Positions 28,717 through 39,235 of a DNA stretch of 64,000 nt are shown here, in pieces. The stretch's first letter is position 1. The number at the start of each line of letters is the position of its first letter. The translations under genes were made by a program, and so were the position numbers. A model generated the notes under the pieces. The model was not told the origin of the DNA, did not search any database, and was given only the letters and a program-made list of their open reading frames with translations. The DNA comes from an uncultured Planctomycetota bacterium. Lineage in GTDB: Bacteria; Planctomycetota; Planctomycetia; Pirellulales; Lacipirellulaceae. The stretch covers positions 32,001 to 96,000 of the forward strand of contig CAVRBU010000010.1 in the NCBI GenBank assembly GCA_963719315.1, in the 5' to 3' direction.

Positions 28717-29733
28717 TCAGGGCGTAAAGCGACCTTTTCGAATTCCAAATCCAAAGACTACACTCAAGAGCAGCAACACCATGCCAGTCGGCTCCGGAAC
28801 ATTGGCAGCGCCGAGTCCGCTGCCGGCACCGGACGTATTGCCGAACCGAGCCCGCCACTCGGTGTAGTCGGCCGGGCTTACCGTTCCTGGATCGTCAACT
28901 TCATTTTGCAGCGGCCCACCATTACGCCACAGCACGTAATCCGCGGCGTCAACGACGCCATTTCCGTTATAGTCACCTAGAACAGGCGGCGGGGAGGTGC
29001 CAAACCGAATGTTGTCGAAGTAAACCGTGAGCGGATAGGCAGCACCACCGGTTTTATTCAAATAGAATTCGAATCCCGTAGGGATGATGTCGTTAGGACC
29101 GCTTCCTAGCGTGCCAAAAATCTCATCGAAAGACTTCGTCTCAAACGTTAACGGATCGCTGAGTTGTGTCAGATCGATGCGCAAGTCTCGATATGTTCCT
29201 GGATCTCTACCGTCGATGGGTATCTCGGTCACAGCGCGATTGTCCAACTGAGCCTGCACGGCGATTTGACCGCCAGGAAAGTCAGGTTGTGTGACGCCAA
29301 AGATCGTGACCCCAATGCGCGCGAAACCTGTGTAGTCGGGAGGCGGAGTTGGATTCGGTACGCCGAACCTTTGGGTGATGGTCATATCGAAGGTGACATG
29401 ATCAAGGCCCGGCGGATCACCAATGATATTGGGATCGAGGTTTCCGGTAAGCGCCCCTACGAATGTCGCACCGCCTAGCATGTCGACACGCATCGAGTGC
29501 GTACCATCCGTGGCGCCGACTGTGTCTTGAGTTACCGTAACTCCACCGCCATTTGGTCCGAAACCTTGTAAGTCGTTTTCAAACGAGTAGGCCAAGGTAT
29601 CGCTCGCATGCACGCTAGAGGCGAACGCCACCACTCCAATTGCTGTACTCACACTGAGCACCAAGTGCAAGCGGAAATTCAAAGGGAAAAGGCTGCTGTT
29701 AAGATGTCGGATCATTAAATCTAACTCCGTCAC
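28717..29733 (-). CDS. PEP-CTERM secreted protein with dockerin-like motif; distant paralogue of 27882-28532
   Basis: YSFEN...GATDGTHSM...YFDNIRF; GDYNGNGVVDAADYVLWR; NVPEPTG + TM. Confidence 0.88.
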   Translation of the reverse strand: MTELDLMIRHLNSSLFPLNFRLHLVLSVSTAIGVVAFASSVHASDTLAYSFENDLQGFGPNGGGVTVTQDTVGATDGTHSMRVDMLGGATFVGALTGNLDPNIIGDPPGLDHVTFDMTITQRFGVPNPTPPPDYTGFARIGVTIFGVTQPDFPGGQIAVQAQLDNRAVTEIPIDGRDPGTYRDLRIDLTQLSDPLTFETKSFDEIFGTLGSGPNDIIPTGFEFYLNKTGGAAYPLTVYFDNIRFGTSPPPVLGDYNGNGVVDAADYVLWRNGGPLQNEVDDPGTVSPADYTEWRARFGNTSGAGSGLGAANVPEPTGMVLLLLSVVFGFGIRKGRFTP

Positions 29734-30033
29734 GAAAAGTCCCAGTGCTATGAGGGCACCAAAGAATTATTCAGCAGGCCGGAAGCTATTTATATCACGG
29801 TCTTAAATAATTGCAAGAGAATTGTGAAAAAATCTGTGTTTCCCCGCCCATCACATCGCTGGAAAAGTCTGAACGACTGTGATCGGGCCCTTGCGCCAGC
29901 ACGGTGACGGTTTCACGCAAAAACAATAGGACATCTTAAGAAAAACAGGTGTTCAGCGATTTTATTTGATACAGATGCCTCTTCGGCGGCTTCGCTGAGA
30001 GATCAGAGACGAGCAGAAAGTATGAAACTTTCG

Positions 30034-30065
30034 TTGACAGATATATTCAATGTCATTTAAGATAT
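30034..30065 (+). promoter_or_regulatory. Sigma70-like promoter (TTGACA-N18-TAAGAT) overlapped by a candidate ROK operator
   Basis: TTGACA at 30034, TAAGAT at 30058; imperfect palindrome ATATATTCAATGTCATTTAAGATAT. Confidence 0.45.
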
Positions 30066-30095
30066 TGGCGGTCTCTTACACTATCCGGATGGCGA

Positions 30096-30650
30096 TTGCG
30101 CAAAACGAAGTTGAGTTCATTGGAAATGCGTTTACGTGCTTCGATGCTTCGGGATGCCACTCAGCAGTTGGGGGTTCAGAGACGTTATTATATGAGGGCC
30201 TGCGGTCGCTTCGGCGATGTCTGGATCACCTTCGCAAGTATTTTCTTTGTGGCCTGTATCGGATGTGGCCCGCACTCCGATAGTCTCGCGGTTACGGGCG
30301 AAGTGAAGTTCAACGGCGTGCCATTGGATAATGGGTCAATTCGGTTCGCATCCAACACAACAGCGAATGGCAAGATGTACGCATCGGGGGCAGTGGTTAA
30401 GAACGGCGAGTTTAAGATCCCGCAGGAAAAGGGGCTGCCTCCCGGCACCTATCGGGTTGAAATCAACTCGCCTGACACAAAAGCACCACTTGTGTCGGTA
30501 CGAGTTGCACCTGGTCAACCGCTCTCGCCACCGACGGCACCCGATCGCATCCCGTCAGAGTTCAACACAGAAAGTAAACACACCGTCGATGTAAAGGCGA
30601 GCGAAAAAAATCATTTTGTATTTGAAGTCGTGAACCCGAAGGTCAAATGA
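30096..30650 (+). CDS. Small DUF1559-associated lipoprotein (true start probably downstream)
   Basis: CIGC lipobox, VTGEVKFNGVPLDNGSIRF, GLPPGTYRVEI, IPSEFN. Confidence 0.82.
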   Translation: MRKTKLSSLEMRLRASMLRDATQQLGVQRRYYMRACGRFGDVWITFASIFFVACIGCGPHSDSLAVTGEVKFNGVPLDNGSIRFASNTTANGKMYASGAVVKNGEFKIPQEKGLPPGTYRVEINSPDTKAPLVSVRVAPGQPLSPPTAPDRIPSEFNTESKHTVDVKASEKNHFVFEVVNPKVK

Positions 30651-30680
30651 TCGGTAGCGACGGATCGAAAGGATGATGCC

Positions 30681-31652
30681 ATGAAGAGAACTACCTATGG
30701 CTTCACGCTAGTTGAGCTCCTAGTTGTTATCGCGATTATTGGGATTTTGGTGGCTCTGCTACTACCCGCTATCCAGTCGGCACGCGAAGCGGCCCGGCGC
30801 AGTCAGTGTGTTAATAATTTGAAGCAGCTTGGAATCGCGATGCAGAATTATCACGACGTGCATAAATCGCTGCCGATGGGGAATTTTAGCTGCTGCTGGG
30901 GCACATGGCAGATGGCCGTGTTGCCATACATCGAAGAACAGCAACTCGCGGACTTATATCGTTGGAATCCGAAGTATGCGACTATTTACGAAGACGAGTA
31001 TCGATACGATGGTCATGGGCCGCTTCCGACTACGCCGCCCGTACAATCCACGAATCTTCAGGTTGTTCAAAAGCGGATCAAAACGTTGACATGCCCGAGC
31101 GACGAGCCGCAAACGAACTCGGCTTTCGTGAGTGGCGGAACATACCATAATTATGTTGCGAACTATGGCAACACCAATCACGTTGGTAGTAGTTGCCTAC
31201 TTCCAACATGTCCGAAATATGCTGGCAGTCCATTCATCGGCTCGGACCCGAATCCACCAATGTTTCTCGTAACTACATTCAAGCAGATCACTGATGGACT
31301 CAGCAAAACGCTTATGTTTTCGGAGACTTTGCAAGGGCGCGATGACGACTTGCGAGGCTTTACATGGTGGGGATGGTCGGCCGGCTTCGAAACATTTTCC
31401 AGCCCGAACGCGAGTGATCCGGACTATTTGCAGCAGGCAAGCTACTGTGTTTCAACAGCGGTGAATCCGCCATGTAGCGGCGCGGTGGGTGGCGTAATGC
31501 GAGCAGCGGCACGAAGTAATCATCCGGGTGGTGTAAACGTTGCGATGTGCGACGCTTCCGTACAGTTCGTCGTTGATGACGTTGACCTAGCCACGTGGCG
31601 TGCCGCCAGTACATCTCGTGGCGAAGAGGTTTATTCCGGGTTAATTCCGTAG
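30681..31652 (+). CDS. DUF1559 protein
   Basis: [65 protein letters not shown]. Confidence 0.95.
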   Translation: MKRTTYGFTLVELLVVIAIIGILVALLLPAIQSAREAARRSQCVNNLKQLGIAMQNYHDVHKSLPMGNFSCCWGTWQMAVLPYIEEQQLADLYRWNPKYATIYEDEYRYDGHGPLPTTPPVQSTNLQVVQKRIKTLTCPSDEPQTNSAFVSGGTYHNYVANYGNTNHVGSSCLLPTCPKYAGSPFIGSDPNPPMFLVTTFKQITDGLSKTLMFSETLQGRDDDLRGFTWWGWSAGFETFSSPNASDPDYLQQASYCVSTAVNPPCSGAVGGVMRAAARSNHPGGVNVAMCDASVQFVVDDVDLATWRAASTSRGEEVYSGLIP

Positions 31653-31672
31653 GGCACTAAATTAGATTTTTT

Positions 31673-33019
31673 GTGTCGATTAACAACATTGGGGTACCCT
31701 GGCGGAATCACGTGGCGACAGAAACAAAACCAAAGCGAAAATCTCGCTCAAAAGTACGCGATGCCGCGGTCGCAGATCAGGGGGACGGTGTACTCGAGGA
31801 CGGACGAGGGGGGAGTGCGTCGCCGGTACAGCCGCAGCTTTTGAGCCGCATCAATGAAGCCCTTGTTTTGCGTGAGATTCGTCAGCATGGCCCCTCAACG
31901 CGTGGCGAATTATCGCAGCACATGGGAGTGACGTTCCCCACCGTCGCGAAAGCGGTTGGGTCGCTGCTCGATGCGCGGCTGTTAGAAGAATTTGACGATA
32001 TGATGACGGGGCCTGGCCGACCGGCCAAGCGACTTCGCCTCTCTCGTGAGAACTCGCAAGTGGTTGGGGTGACGGTCGACGTTCATCGTTGCGAAGTTGC
32101 GTCGGCCGGCTTCGATGGAATAGTGCGCGATGAAACTCAACAATCTTTCGCAACGCCTCAAACTTATGACGAATTGTTGCGAGCCATTGTCGCTCACATC
32201 AAATCGCTCCAATCAGTCGAGATGCCGATTCTCTGTATCGGGATTAGCGTTGTGGGCCTTGTCGATTACCGGCAGCAAGAGATCCGACTGGCAGCCAATT
32301 TGCATTTTTTGAACGGCAAGCAATTGGGAAAGGATATCGGTCGACTCGCCGGCGCCGAGTGTGTGCTGGTTCATGACGCGCACGCATTGTGCTTGGCAGA
32401 ATACGTTTATGGCGAGGCCAGTAATCTCGACAGCTTCGCGGTACTCGATATGTGTGCGGGCATTGGCCTCGGCGTTATGGCGAATCACATGTTCCTGACA
32501 GGACACAGCGGTTTTGCCGGCGAAATGGGTCACATCCCATTAGTTCCCAATGGCCGCAAGTGCCATTGTGGCCGGCGCGGCTGCCTCGAAACAGTAGCCA
32601 GCGAATGGGCCTTTTTGGAACGGATCTCCGAACGGCTCGAACGGCCAATCGAATTTGAAGAGGTCATGGCTCTCGCATCGAAAGGAGACCGATTGGTTCG
32701 CTCCGAGTTGAACCGCCTATGCAAACACTTAGCGATCGCGATCGCCCATGTGGTGAACTTATTCGACCCCGAGTGTGTGTTCGTCACCGGGCGGTTGTTC
32801 GATGAATTGCCATGGCTCCGCGATCATCTGGTATCGCGAGCCAAACAAATTGCATTGGAACCGGCGTTCGAGAATTGCGAATTTAAGGCCGCCTGTGGAA
32901 CTCATTTGCTGGGCGCGGTCGCCACGGCAATCAGTGCAGTCACCTCGTCGCGCGTGCATGAATTCAACGACACGCTGAGTGGCATTACGTTCGCGGTCAC
33001 GCGCAGGTCGGTCGTCTAA
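31673..33019 (+). CDS. ROK family transcriptional repressor (NagC/XylR-like)
   Basis: N-terminal HTH with GPGRP, GIGLG, AGEMGH, CHCGRRGCLE. Confidence 0.93.
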   Translation: MSINNIGVPWRNHVATETKPKRKSRSKVRDAAVADQGDGVLEDGRGGSASPVQPQLLSRINEALVLREIRQHGPSTRGELSQHMGVTFPTVAKAVGSLLDARLLEEFDDMMTGPGRPAKRLRLSRENSQVVGVTVDVHRCEVASAGFDGIVRDETQQSFATPQTYDELLRAIVAHIKSLQSVEMPILCIGISVVGLVDYRQQEIRLAANLHFLNGKQLGKDIGRLAGAECVLVHDAHALCLAEYVYGEASNLDSFAVLDMCAGIGLGVMANHMFLTGHSGFAGEMGHIPLVPNGRKCHCGRRGCLETVASEWAFLERISERLERPIEFEEVMALASKGDRLVRSELNRLCKHLAIAIAHVVNLFDPECVFVTGRLFDELPWLRDHLVSRAKQIALEPAFENCEFKAACGTHLLGAVATAISAVTSSRVHEFNDTLSGITFAVTRRSVV

Positions 33020-33298
33020 TGGGCCGGCAAGCATGGCGAGACTGGGCGATCTTCATCAGTTATCGCGGCTTCTTTTTGCTCTCGCTGTCACTCTGCACAT
33101 TTGCGAGCCTACGCGCGAAAGAACTGTCCGGGTATTCCGTTGCTTGGAAACTGATCGAGAACCAACCAACCGGCAGTTTTCTATTTGAACTTACACTTCG
33201 CAACAACAGCGAAACGCCACTCGCAGGTGATTGGGCTCTCTACTTTAACGACGCCGCCAAGTTGGTTCCCGAGTCGGTATCTGAAGAATGGGCACTGA
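33019..33298 (+). pseudogene. 5' fragment of a secreted carbohydrate-active enzyme (resembles a GH20 chitobiase N-terminal domain), truncated at the 33299 junction
   Basis: Signal peptide + FELTLRNNSETPLAGDWALYFN. Beyond 33299 the reading is antisense terminase sequence. Confidence 0.7.
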
Positions 33299-33342
33299 CC
33301 TCCCCGAACAGGACTCGAACTAAAACAGAGACATCTACAGCG
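33299..33342 (+). repeat. att-like junction type A, copy 3
   Basis: CCTCCCCGAACAGGACTCGAACTAAAACAGAGACATCTACAGCG. The reverse complement contains GTTCGAGTCCTGTTCGGGGAG (tRNA T-loop/acceptor-like). Confidence 0.88.
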
Positions 33343-34930
33343 CCAAATTCCCCGGCGTCACATAGACACTCCGCGTATTTTCCGTCCTGGCGGCCAGATC
33401 GAGCCCCATCACCAGCGCCACGATCCCGTCAATCCGCTCGCAGCTTTTCTTCTTGGACGGCTTCCAGTTGTCGGCCGCATCCTGTTCGATCGAAACATTG
33501 CCGGCCATCCACCGCAGCACCGGATGCCCGGCGTGTCGCAGGCGCTTGGCCAGCACGACTTCCTCGAGCTTCTTGGTGGGCGCGCTCATGCTGGCGTAAC
33601 CCTGGCCGAAAGCTACCATTTCGAATCCCTCACCCGTCAATTGCGTGGCTAACTGGGTCGCATTCCAGCGATCAATGGCCACTTGCCGGATGTCATATTG
33701 CTTCCCAAGTTCGTTGATGCGCGTCCGGATGCGGTCGTAGTCCACGACTTCACCGGGCGTGGCTTCCATGAAGCCAGCGCGAATCCAGTCGCCATACGGC
33801 ACGCGATCCCGCCGCTCGCGCTGCCGGCGCCCTCCTCGGGAACCCAAAAGAACGGCAGCACGGAATACCCATCATCCTCCGGAAACACCAGCACCAGCGC
33901 CGACACATCGGTCGTACTCGACAAATCCAGCCCCGCGAAACACGTCCTTCCGCTCAAATCGCCGCGTTCACCGCCACACGCATCCCACTTCTCCATCTTG
34001 AGCCACCGCACATCCTGCTCCGTCCACTGGTTGAGCCGGTAGCGGCGGAACGAATTCTCCTTGGCCGGTGATTCTTGGGCTTCCCGACAATCCTCAGCGA
34101 ACTGCTCGGCGTCGATCGTGACGCCGAAGCTGGGGTTGGCTTTGCGCCAGACTTCGGGGTCGGTCCAGTCAGCTTCGTCAGCGGCGGCCGCGATGTAGGT
34201 GAAGAAGGCCGTATCCTGGACCGTTCCGTCCAGAACTTTGAGTGCATAGTCGTGCTGCTCGTAGCAGATCGAGTGCCGGTCGTAGCCGGCCGTCGTGATC
34301 GAGAGGTGGAGCGGCTGACGGCGGGAAGCGCCGGCGTAGCGGAGCGTGTCCCACAGCTCGCGGGTCTTTTGGGCATGGAGTTCATCGATCAACACCGCGT
34401 GCGCATTGAGGCCTTCTTTGGCCGGAACGTCGGCCGACAGGGCCCGATAGAACGATTTACTGGCATGATCGACGATCCGTTTGGTGGAGCGGACTACCGT
34501 CAGCCGGGAGGACAGATGGGGCGAGCCATCAACCATGTTGGCCGCCTCGTTGTAGACGATCGAGGCCTGGTCGCGGTCCACCGCCGCGCAATAGATTTCA
34601 GCGCCCGGTTCGGCGTCGCATGTTAATAAGTACAGACTTAATCCGGCAAAGAGGGTGCTTTTACCGTTCTTCTTGGGGACTTCCACGTAGCCGCGTCGAT
34701 AGCGGCGGGTACCATCCTTCCGCTTCCAACCGAAGAGCGGCGCCACCACATCGGCCCATTGCCAGTCCAAGCAGCTCGAAGGGCTGGTTGGCCCACTGGC
34801 CTTTCGAATGCCGCAGGAAGCGGCGGAAGAACGTTCGTACGCGCTCGGCCGCCACGATGTCGAACCAACAGCCTTGTTCCACGGCCCGTTCATCGGCGGG
34901 CGAACGAATCCATTCGGACCAGTCTGCCAT
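33335..34930 (-). pseudogene. Terminase large subunit (terminase_1 type) with two frameshifts (~34770, ~33830)
   Basis: VPKKNGKS, IDELHA, ITTAG, KANPS, GLDLSSTTD, IDRWNA, RIDGIVA across three ORFs. Confidence 0.9.
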
Positions 34931-35396
34931 CAGCCGGCCTCCACGAAGGCGTCAAACTCGTCGGCCGCCTGGCCGCCATCCGGAATCCGAATCCGGCTCC
35001 GCGACGACGGCGTAAGGCCAAACTCAACCATCAGCTTCCGCATCGTCTCGAGGGCCTGATCGGCCACCGTGAGATAGGGCGACTTCATCGGAAATCCTTT
35101 TTCGGGCGACTTCACAATCGTGCCGAAGCGGGCCACTTGTTGTTCGGCCTGCACCCAACGGCTGTAGGCCACGCAGTAGGCGGCGAGGGCGGAGCGATCG
35201 GCCAGCGTCAACAATCCCATATTGGCCAGCACCTGGGACGTGCGATCCCACTCGGCACGGGCCGTGGCGTCAAGGAAGTCGGGGCAGTCTGGGACCTCGA
35301 CACTGAAGGCATCGGTTCGCGGTCGTTGAGCGCCCGCTTGCCTGGGTTGCCTTCGATGAGTTTAAGCACAGTTGGTCGTGGTTTTCGGCCTCGCAT
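34930..35396 (-). pseudogene. P27-family terminase small subunit, frameshift at ~35295
   Basis: MRGRKPRPTVLKLIEGNPGKR...EFGLTPSSRSRI. Confidence 0.88.
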
Positions 35397-35399
35397 GGT

Positions 35400-35495
35400 G
35401 GGACACCCCCGGTACTCAATATCGCGGAAACGCGCGCGCCTTTCCCGCGACGGTATCGTTCCAAATCGATCGCTGAAACAACCTCCCCCCCCGGT
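35400..35495 (-). other. Candidate cos/packaging-site region
   Basis: Lies between the HNH and small terminase genes, the usual cos position in HNH/P27-type phages. Contains a G-run, GGCGCGCGCG and GGGGGT. Positional inference only. Confidence 0.4.
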
Positions 35496-35498
35496 ACG

Positions 35499-35888
35499 CT
35501 ACGCAGCGCAACGTGGTGGTAACTCCATCCGCATCGCCTCATCCCTAGCACACAATTGATCCTGTGCGATGTGGTGCGATTCACTGGAACCGTAGCGCAA
35601 CGCATCATCGAGCGTCTTGCGTCGGTGACAACATCGACAGATGACTTGGGTGTTCCCAATCTCTAAGCGCCAGTCGGGGCGCACATGAATGGGAATGATG
35701 TGGTCCACTTCGTTCGACGCCGTGATGCGTCCTTCGCCGAGGCATGGTTGGCACAACCAGCTGTCGGCCTCCCTGCGCTCACGGGCCACGCGCATCCAGT
35801 CTCGGTCGTAGCCACGCTGGGCCGGTGTACCCCGATGCAGTTCGCAAGCGGTGCGCTGTCGCTTGTTAAGATCGCTGCGTCGGATCAT
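35499..35888 (-). CDS. HNH endonuclease (phage packaging-associated)
   Basis: RGY...W, LCQPC, VDHIIP, NTQVICRCCHRRKT. Confidence 0.9.
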   Translation of the reverse strand: MIRRSDLNKRQRTACELHRGTPAQRGYDRDWMRVARERREADSWLCQPCLGEGRITASNEVDHIIPIHVRPDWRLEIGNTQVICRCCHRRKTLDDALRYGSSESHHIAQDQLCARDEAMRMELPPRCAA

Positions 35889-35903
35889 GTGTCGTACCTC
35901 ATT

Positions 35904-36185
35904 CTATTGCGGTGCGCCGGAAACGCAGATCGAAGTCGAGTTGCCTGTAGCATCGGATGATGAATCGTTACGCATCTGGACCTGGCCGATGCGGTACTCC
36001 CAGGTGGTGATCCGCTCTTGGCAGCGCGTGCATTCGCGTCGTCGCACGATGCGGCCACCGGGGGCCGGCCGCGTATAGACGACCTTCAGCCGCCGATGGC
36101 CGCATGCTCCGCACACGAGGCCACGTGTCGCGTTGTGGGGCGCACCGCCCTGCCCTGCCCCGTTGTTGGTCGTTTCTGTCGCCAT
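35904..36185 (-). CDS. Small zinc-ribbon protein
   Basis: CGACG...VVYTR...RRRECTRC...TTWE. Confidence 0.75.
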   Translation of the reverse strand: MATETTNNGAGQGGAPHNATRGLVCGACGHRRLKVVYTRPAPGGRIVRRRECTRCQERITTWEYRIGQVQMRNDSSSDATGNSTSICVSGAPQ

Positions 36186-36320
36186 GTTTTAGGCCGCCCT
36201 AACTTCGAGAATCTTGGGAGAATCCGCTGGATGTTCTTCCCGACTCGAGGTAACTGATGTCCTGTCGCGTTGCGATGGTCGCAGCGCAACCGATGTTTCT
36301 CTAACGCAGGAGATTGCACG

Positions 36321-36686
36321 ATGGCTACGAAGAAGAAAACCACGACCAAGAAGCCGGCCACCAAGAAAGCCGCGCCGAAGAAAGCGGGCGCCAAAAAGCC
36401 CGCGGCCAAAGCGGATAAGGCCGCACCAAAAAAGGCGACCAAGCCCAAGAAGACGAGCGCGCTCGACTCGGCGGCCAAGGTGCTGGGCGAATCCAAAGGA
36501 CCGCTCACCACCAAGGAGATGATCGACGCCATGCAGGCCAAGGGCTACTGGAAGAGCCCCGGCGGCAAGACGCCCGATCGGACGCTGTACTCGGCGATCC
36601 TGCGGGAGATTGTCGTGAAGAAAGCCGAATCGCGGTTCGCAAAGACCGAGCGGGGCAAGTTCACGCTCAAGAAGAAGGGGAACTAG
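36321..36686 (+). CDS. Lys/Ala-rich winged-helix (HARE-HTH-like) protein, copy 2
   Basis: C-domain near-identical to 20672-21010; AGGAG RBS. Confidence 0.85.
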   Translation: MATKKKTTTKKPATKKAAPKKAGAKKPAAKADKAAPKKATKPKKTSALDSAAKVLGESKGPLTTKEMIDAMQAKGYWKSPGGKTPDRTLYSAILREIVVKKAESRFAKTERGKFTLKKKGN

Positions 36687-36689
36687 GCC

Positions 36690-36887
36690 ATGTGGCGAAT
36701 TGCATTCGAGGACGGACTGATGATGGTCATGGATGACCAGAACCAGGGATACGATTGCCTGGACCTCGACGGCTGCACGCTCGAGGCGGCCGTGCGCAGA
36801 TCGACGGCTGGGCCCGCCAATACGCGTTCAACGTCGAGGCGGCCCAGCGCGAGTTGGCCGAGTACTACCCGAAACGGTAATCCTTGA
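36690..36887 (+). pseudogene. Frameshifted copy of the 21014-21205 hypothetical gene
   Basis: Identical until ~36790, then out of frame. Confidence 0.65.
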
Positions 36888-37184
36888 AAACCAAACGTTC
36901 GTTCCCACACGGCCCCGTCCTGGGGCCGTTTCTCGTGGCGGCGGACGTTGGCCAATGGAGGCCGCCGGCCGCGACACGGGCCAACGTGGGCGCAACAGGC
37001 GGGGGAATCGGCCCGGTTGGCAAGGGGTCGGCGCGTTGGAATGGCTCGTGCCGTGGTCACCATTGGGCGGGCAGAAATAATCTTTCCGGTTTGGCGATCG
37101 GCGCTTGATGTTTCCGCCAACCCATGGCTGAATGTGGGTGTTGTTTACGGGTAACACCGAACACCGTCCCTGGGAGATGAAACC

Positions 37185-37394
37185 ATGATCGCGATTCCAA
37201 CCAACGACTTTGTGCCGGGCGGCACCCACGTGCTGAACACAACCGATGGCGAACCGGGCCACGTCATGAACGGTTTCTCGTTCGAGCCCGACCTGGGCGG
37301 GTGGTACGAGTACGAGGTCGAGACCGCCTACGGCATCGAACGCTGGCTGCGGAAAGACTTCGTGTTGATGAGCGAGTTGGAACCGACCACCTAA
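37185..37394 (+). CDS. Hypothetical protein, 69 aa
   Basis: GGGAG RBS; first of three small co-directional acidic ORFs. Confidence 0.7.
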   Translation: MIAIPTNDFVPGGTHVLNTTDGEPGHVMNGFSFEPDLGGWYEYEVETAYGIERWLRKDFVLMSELEPTT

Positions 37395-37409
37395 CCAGGA
37401 GAACACTAC

Positions 37410-37634
37410 ATGGACATCACGTATCAAGCGATTGAATGCGAATCGATGAGCGACGCCCTGCAATGGGCCGACGCCAGCGGCCAAGGCGAAGCGGTCCTGA
37501 TCGGCGGCAAGCCGATGGTCGTACCGCAGGCCGATTGCTACCGACTCGAAGAGGCCGGCATCGAGTTCGCCTACCTCCACGACCACCAGATGCCGGACGG
37601 GTCGTACCGCATCGTCACGGTGCCCGTGAACTGA
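37410..37634 (+). CDS. Hypothetical protein, 74 aa
   Basis: AGGAG RBS; operon-like spacing. Confidence 0.72.
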   Translation: MDITYQAIECESMSDALQWADASGQGEAVLIGGKPMVVPQADCYRLEEAGIEFAYLHDHQMPDGSYRIVTVPVN

Positions 37635-37649
37635 TTCAGGAGATCTTCC

Positions 37650-37889
37650 ATGACTGCCACCGAACAATCCCTCCGCGCAACCTTTCGCAATATGAACGCC
37701 GCTGACTACCAGCGAATTCGGGACGCCTACTACAAGGCGTCGGAAGGATTGCGGGCGCTCGCAGACACACTCGAATTGGCCGACGCGAGAATGCCTGGCC
37801 CGGCCAACGAACTTCTGATCGGGGAACACCTGCTGGCGTGCGAAGCCCTGTTGACCATGAAGAAGAGCGAGCTCGGACGGGTGCTGTAA
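37650..37889 (+). CDS. Hypothetical protein, 79 aa
   Basis: AGGAG RBS; followed by a hairpin at 37909-37934. Confidence 0.72.
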   Translation: MTATEQSLRATFRNMNAADYQRIRDAYYKASEGLRALADTLELADARMPGPANELLIGEHLLACEALLTMKKSELGRVL

Positions 37890-37893
37890 CATT

Positions 37894-39234
37894 TCACGAG
37901 TCCCCTCCAACCCCGGCGCTCGCCGGGGTTTTCTCGTTGGCGGCTATCCGTCCCGCCTTCCGACCGGTGAACTTTTCCCACCGCTCGACGATCACGTCGC
38001 AGTAGAGCGCGTCGAGTTCCATCAAGAATGCGTGCCGGCCGGTCTGCTCAGCAGCGATTAGCGTCGAGCCGCTGCCCCCGAACAGGTCGAGGACGTTCTC
38101 ACCAGTCCGCGACGAGTACTGCATTGCCCGCACGGCCAACTCGACTGGCTTCTCAGTGAGATGTACCATCGACTGCGGATTCACCTTTTTTACGTGCCAC
38201 AGGTCGGTTGCATTGTTGGGGCCGAGGTACAGGTGCGCGGCCCCTTCCTTCCAACCGTCGAACGCGATTTCAAACGCGCCCATGAAGTCCTTGCGCGTGA
38301 TCACCGGATGCTGCTTGTCCCAGACGATGCCCTGTGAGAAGTACAGACCGTTCTTCTTCAGAAATGGCGGGTAGTTGCCGAGGTTGGCATAACCGCCCCA
38401 GATGTAAAACCCGCGCCCAGGCTCAAGCACGCGAGACATGTTGCCGAACCAGGCGTCGAGCAATCGATTGAACTCTTCGTCCGTAACAAAGTCGTTTGCC
38501 AGCGGGCGGTCTTTGGCCCGGAGTTTATTCTGTGTGGGCTTCGACATCTCGGGGCGCCGGGCCAGGTCGGCCGATTGGTGGTTCTTTGGACCCTCAAACG
38601 ACGATAGCCCGGCTGCGATCGCGTTGTTCGAGCGGGGCTCCACCTTAACGTTGTAGGGCGGATCGGAGTTCACCAACTGAATCTTCGCGCCATCGAGCAG
38701 CCGATCGACATCTTCTGTCTTCGACGAGTCACCACACAACAGCCGGTGATCGCCAAGGATCCACAGGTCACCGGGCTGTGTAACGGTTTCGTCCGGAGGT
38801 TCGGGGATGGCGTCCGGATCGGTGAGGCCACCTGCCACGTCGACGCCGAGGAGTTTCGCGAGCTCGTCGTTGGAGAAGCCGGTGAGGCCCAGATCATAGT
38901 TGAGCTGCTGCAGCTCGCCCAATTCAAATGCCAGCAGATCTTTGTCCCACGATGACAAGGTTGCCGTTTGATTGTCGGCGATGCGGTAGGCCCGAACTTG
39001 TTCCGGCGTGAGGCCGATGGCCACATGCACGGGTACTTCTTCCAGGCCCAGCTTGTGGGCCGCCTTCCAGCGGGTGTGGCCCACGACGATCACGCCCGCT
39101 TCATCCACCACCACCGGCTGCCGGAAGCCGAATTCCCGGATGCTGGCGGCCAGCGCTTCGACGCCATCGTCGTTGACGCGCGGGTTGTTTTCGTAGGGGC
39201 GGATGTCGGCCAGTTTTCGCTGTTCAATCTTCAT
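37894..39234 (-). CDS. ParB-like N-domain + N4/N6 DNA methyltransferase
   Basis: PYENNPR...FGFRQP...GHTR...YRIADN; GDHRLLCGDS, DPPYNV, HLTEKP, DLFGGSGST. Confidence 0.94.
   Translation of the reverse strand: MKIEQRKLADIRPYENNPRVNDDGVEALAASIREFGFRQPVVVDEAGVIVVGHTRWKAAHKLGLEEVPVHVAIGLTPEQVRAYRIADNQTATLSSWDKDLLAFELGELQQLNYDLGLTGFSNDELAKLLGVDVAGGLTDPDAIPEPPDETVTQPGDLWILGDHRLLCGDSSKTEDVDRLLDGAKIQLVNSDPPYNVKVEPRSNNAIAAGLSSFEGPKNHQSADLARRPEMSKPTQNKLRAKDRPLANDFVTDEEFNRLLDAWFGNMSRVLEPGRGFYIWGGYANLGNYPPFLKKNGLYFSQGIVWDKQHPVITRKDFMGAFEIAFDGWKEGAAHLYLGPNNATDLWHVKKVNPQSMVHLTEKPVELAVRAMQYSSRTGENVLDLFGGSGSTLIAAEQTGRHAFLMELDALYCDVIVERWEKFTGRKAGRIAANEKTPASAGVGGDS
37909..37934 (+). terminator. Hairpin/terminator
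   Basis: AACCCCGGCG-ct-CGCCGGGGTT followed by TTCT. Confidence 0.6.
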
Positions 39235-39235
39235 C

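Noticed and set aside
33299..33322. tRNA gene on the minus strand (also at 15519, 17477, 21837, 57528)
   Set aside because: Only a T-loop and 3' acceptor-like stretch is present; no D-arm, anticodon arm or matching 5' strand. Treated as att-like remnants.
33299..33717. C-terminal part of ORF 33019-33717 as genuine protein
   Set aside because: It is read-through into the junction and antisense terminase sequence.
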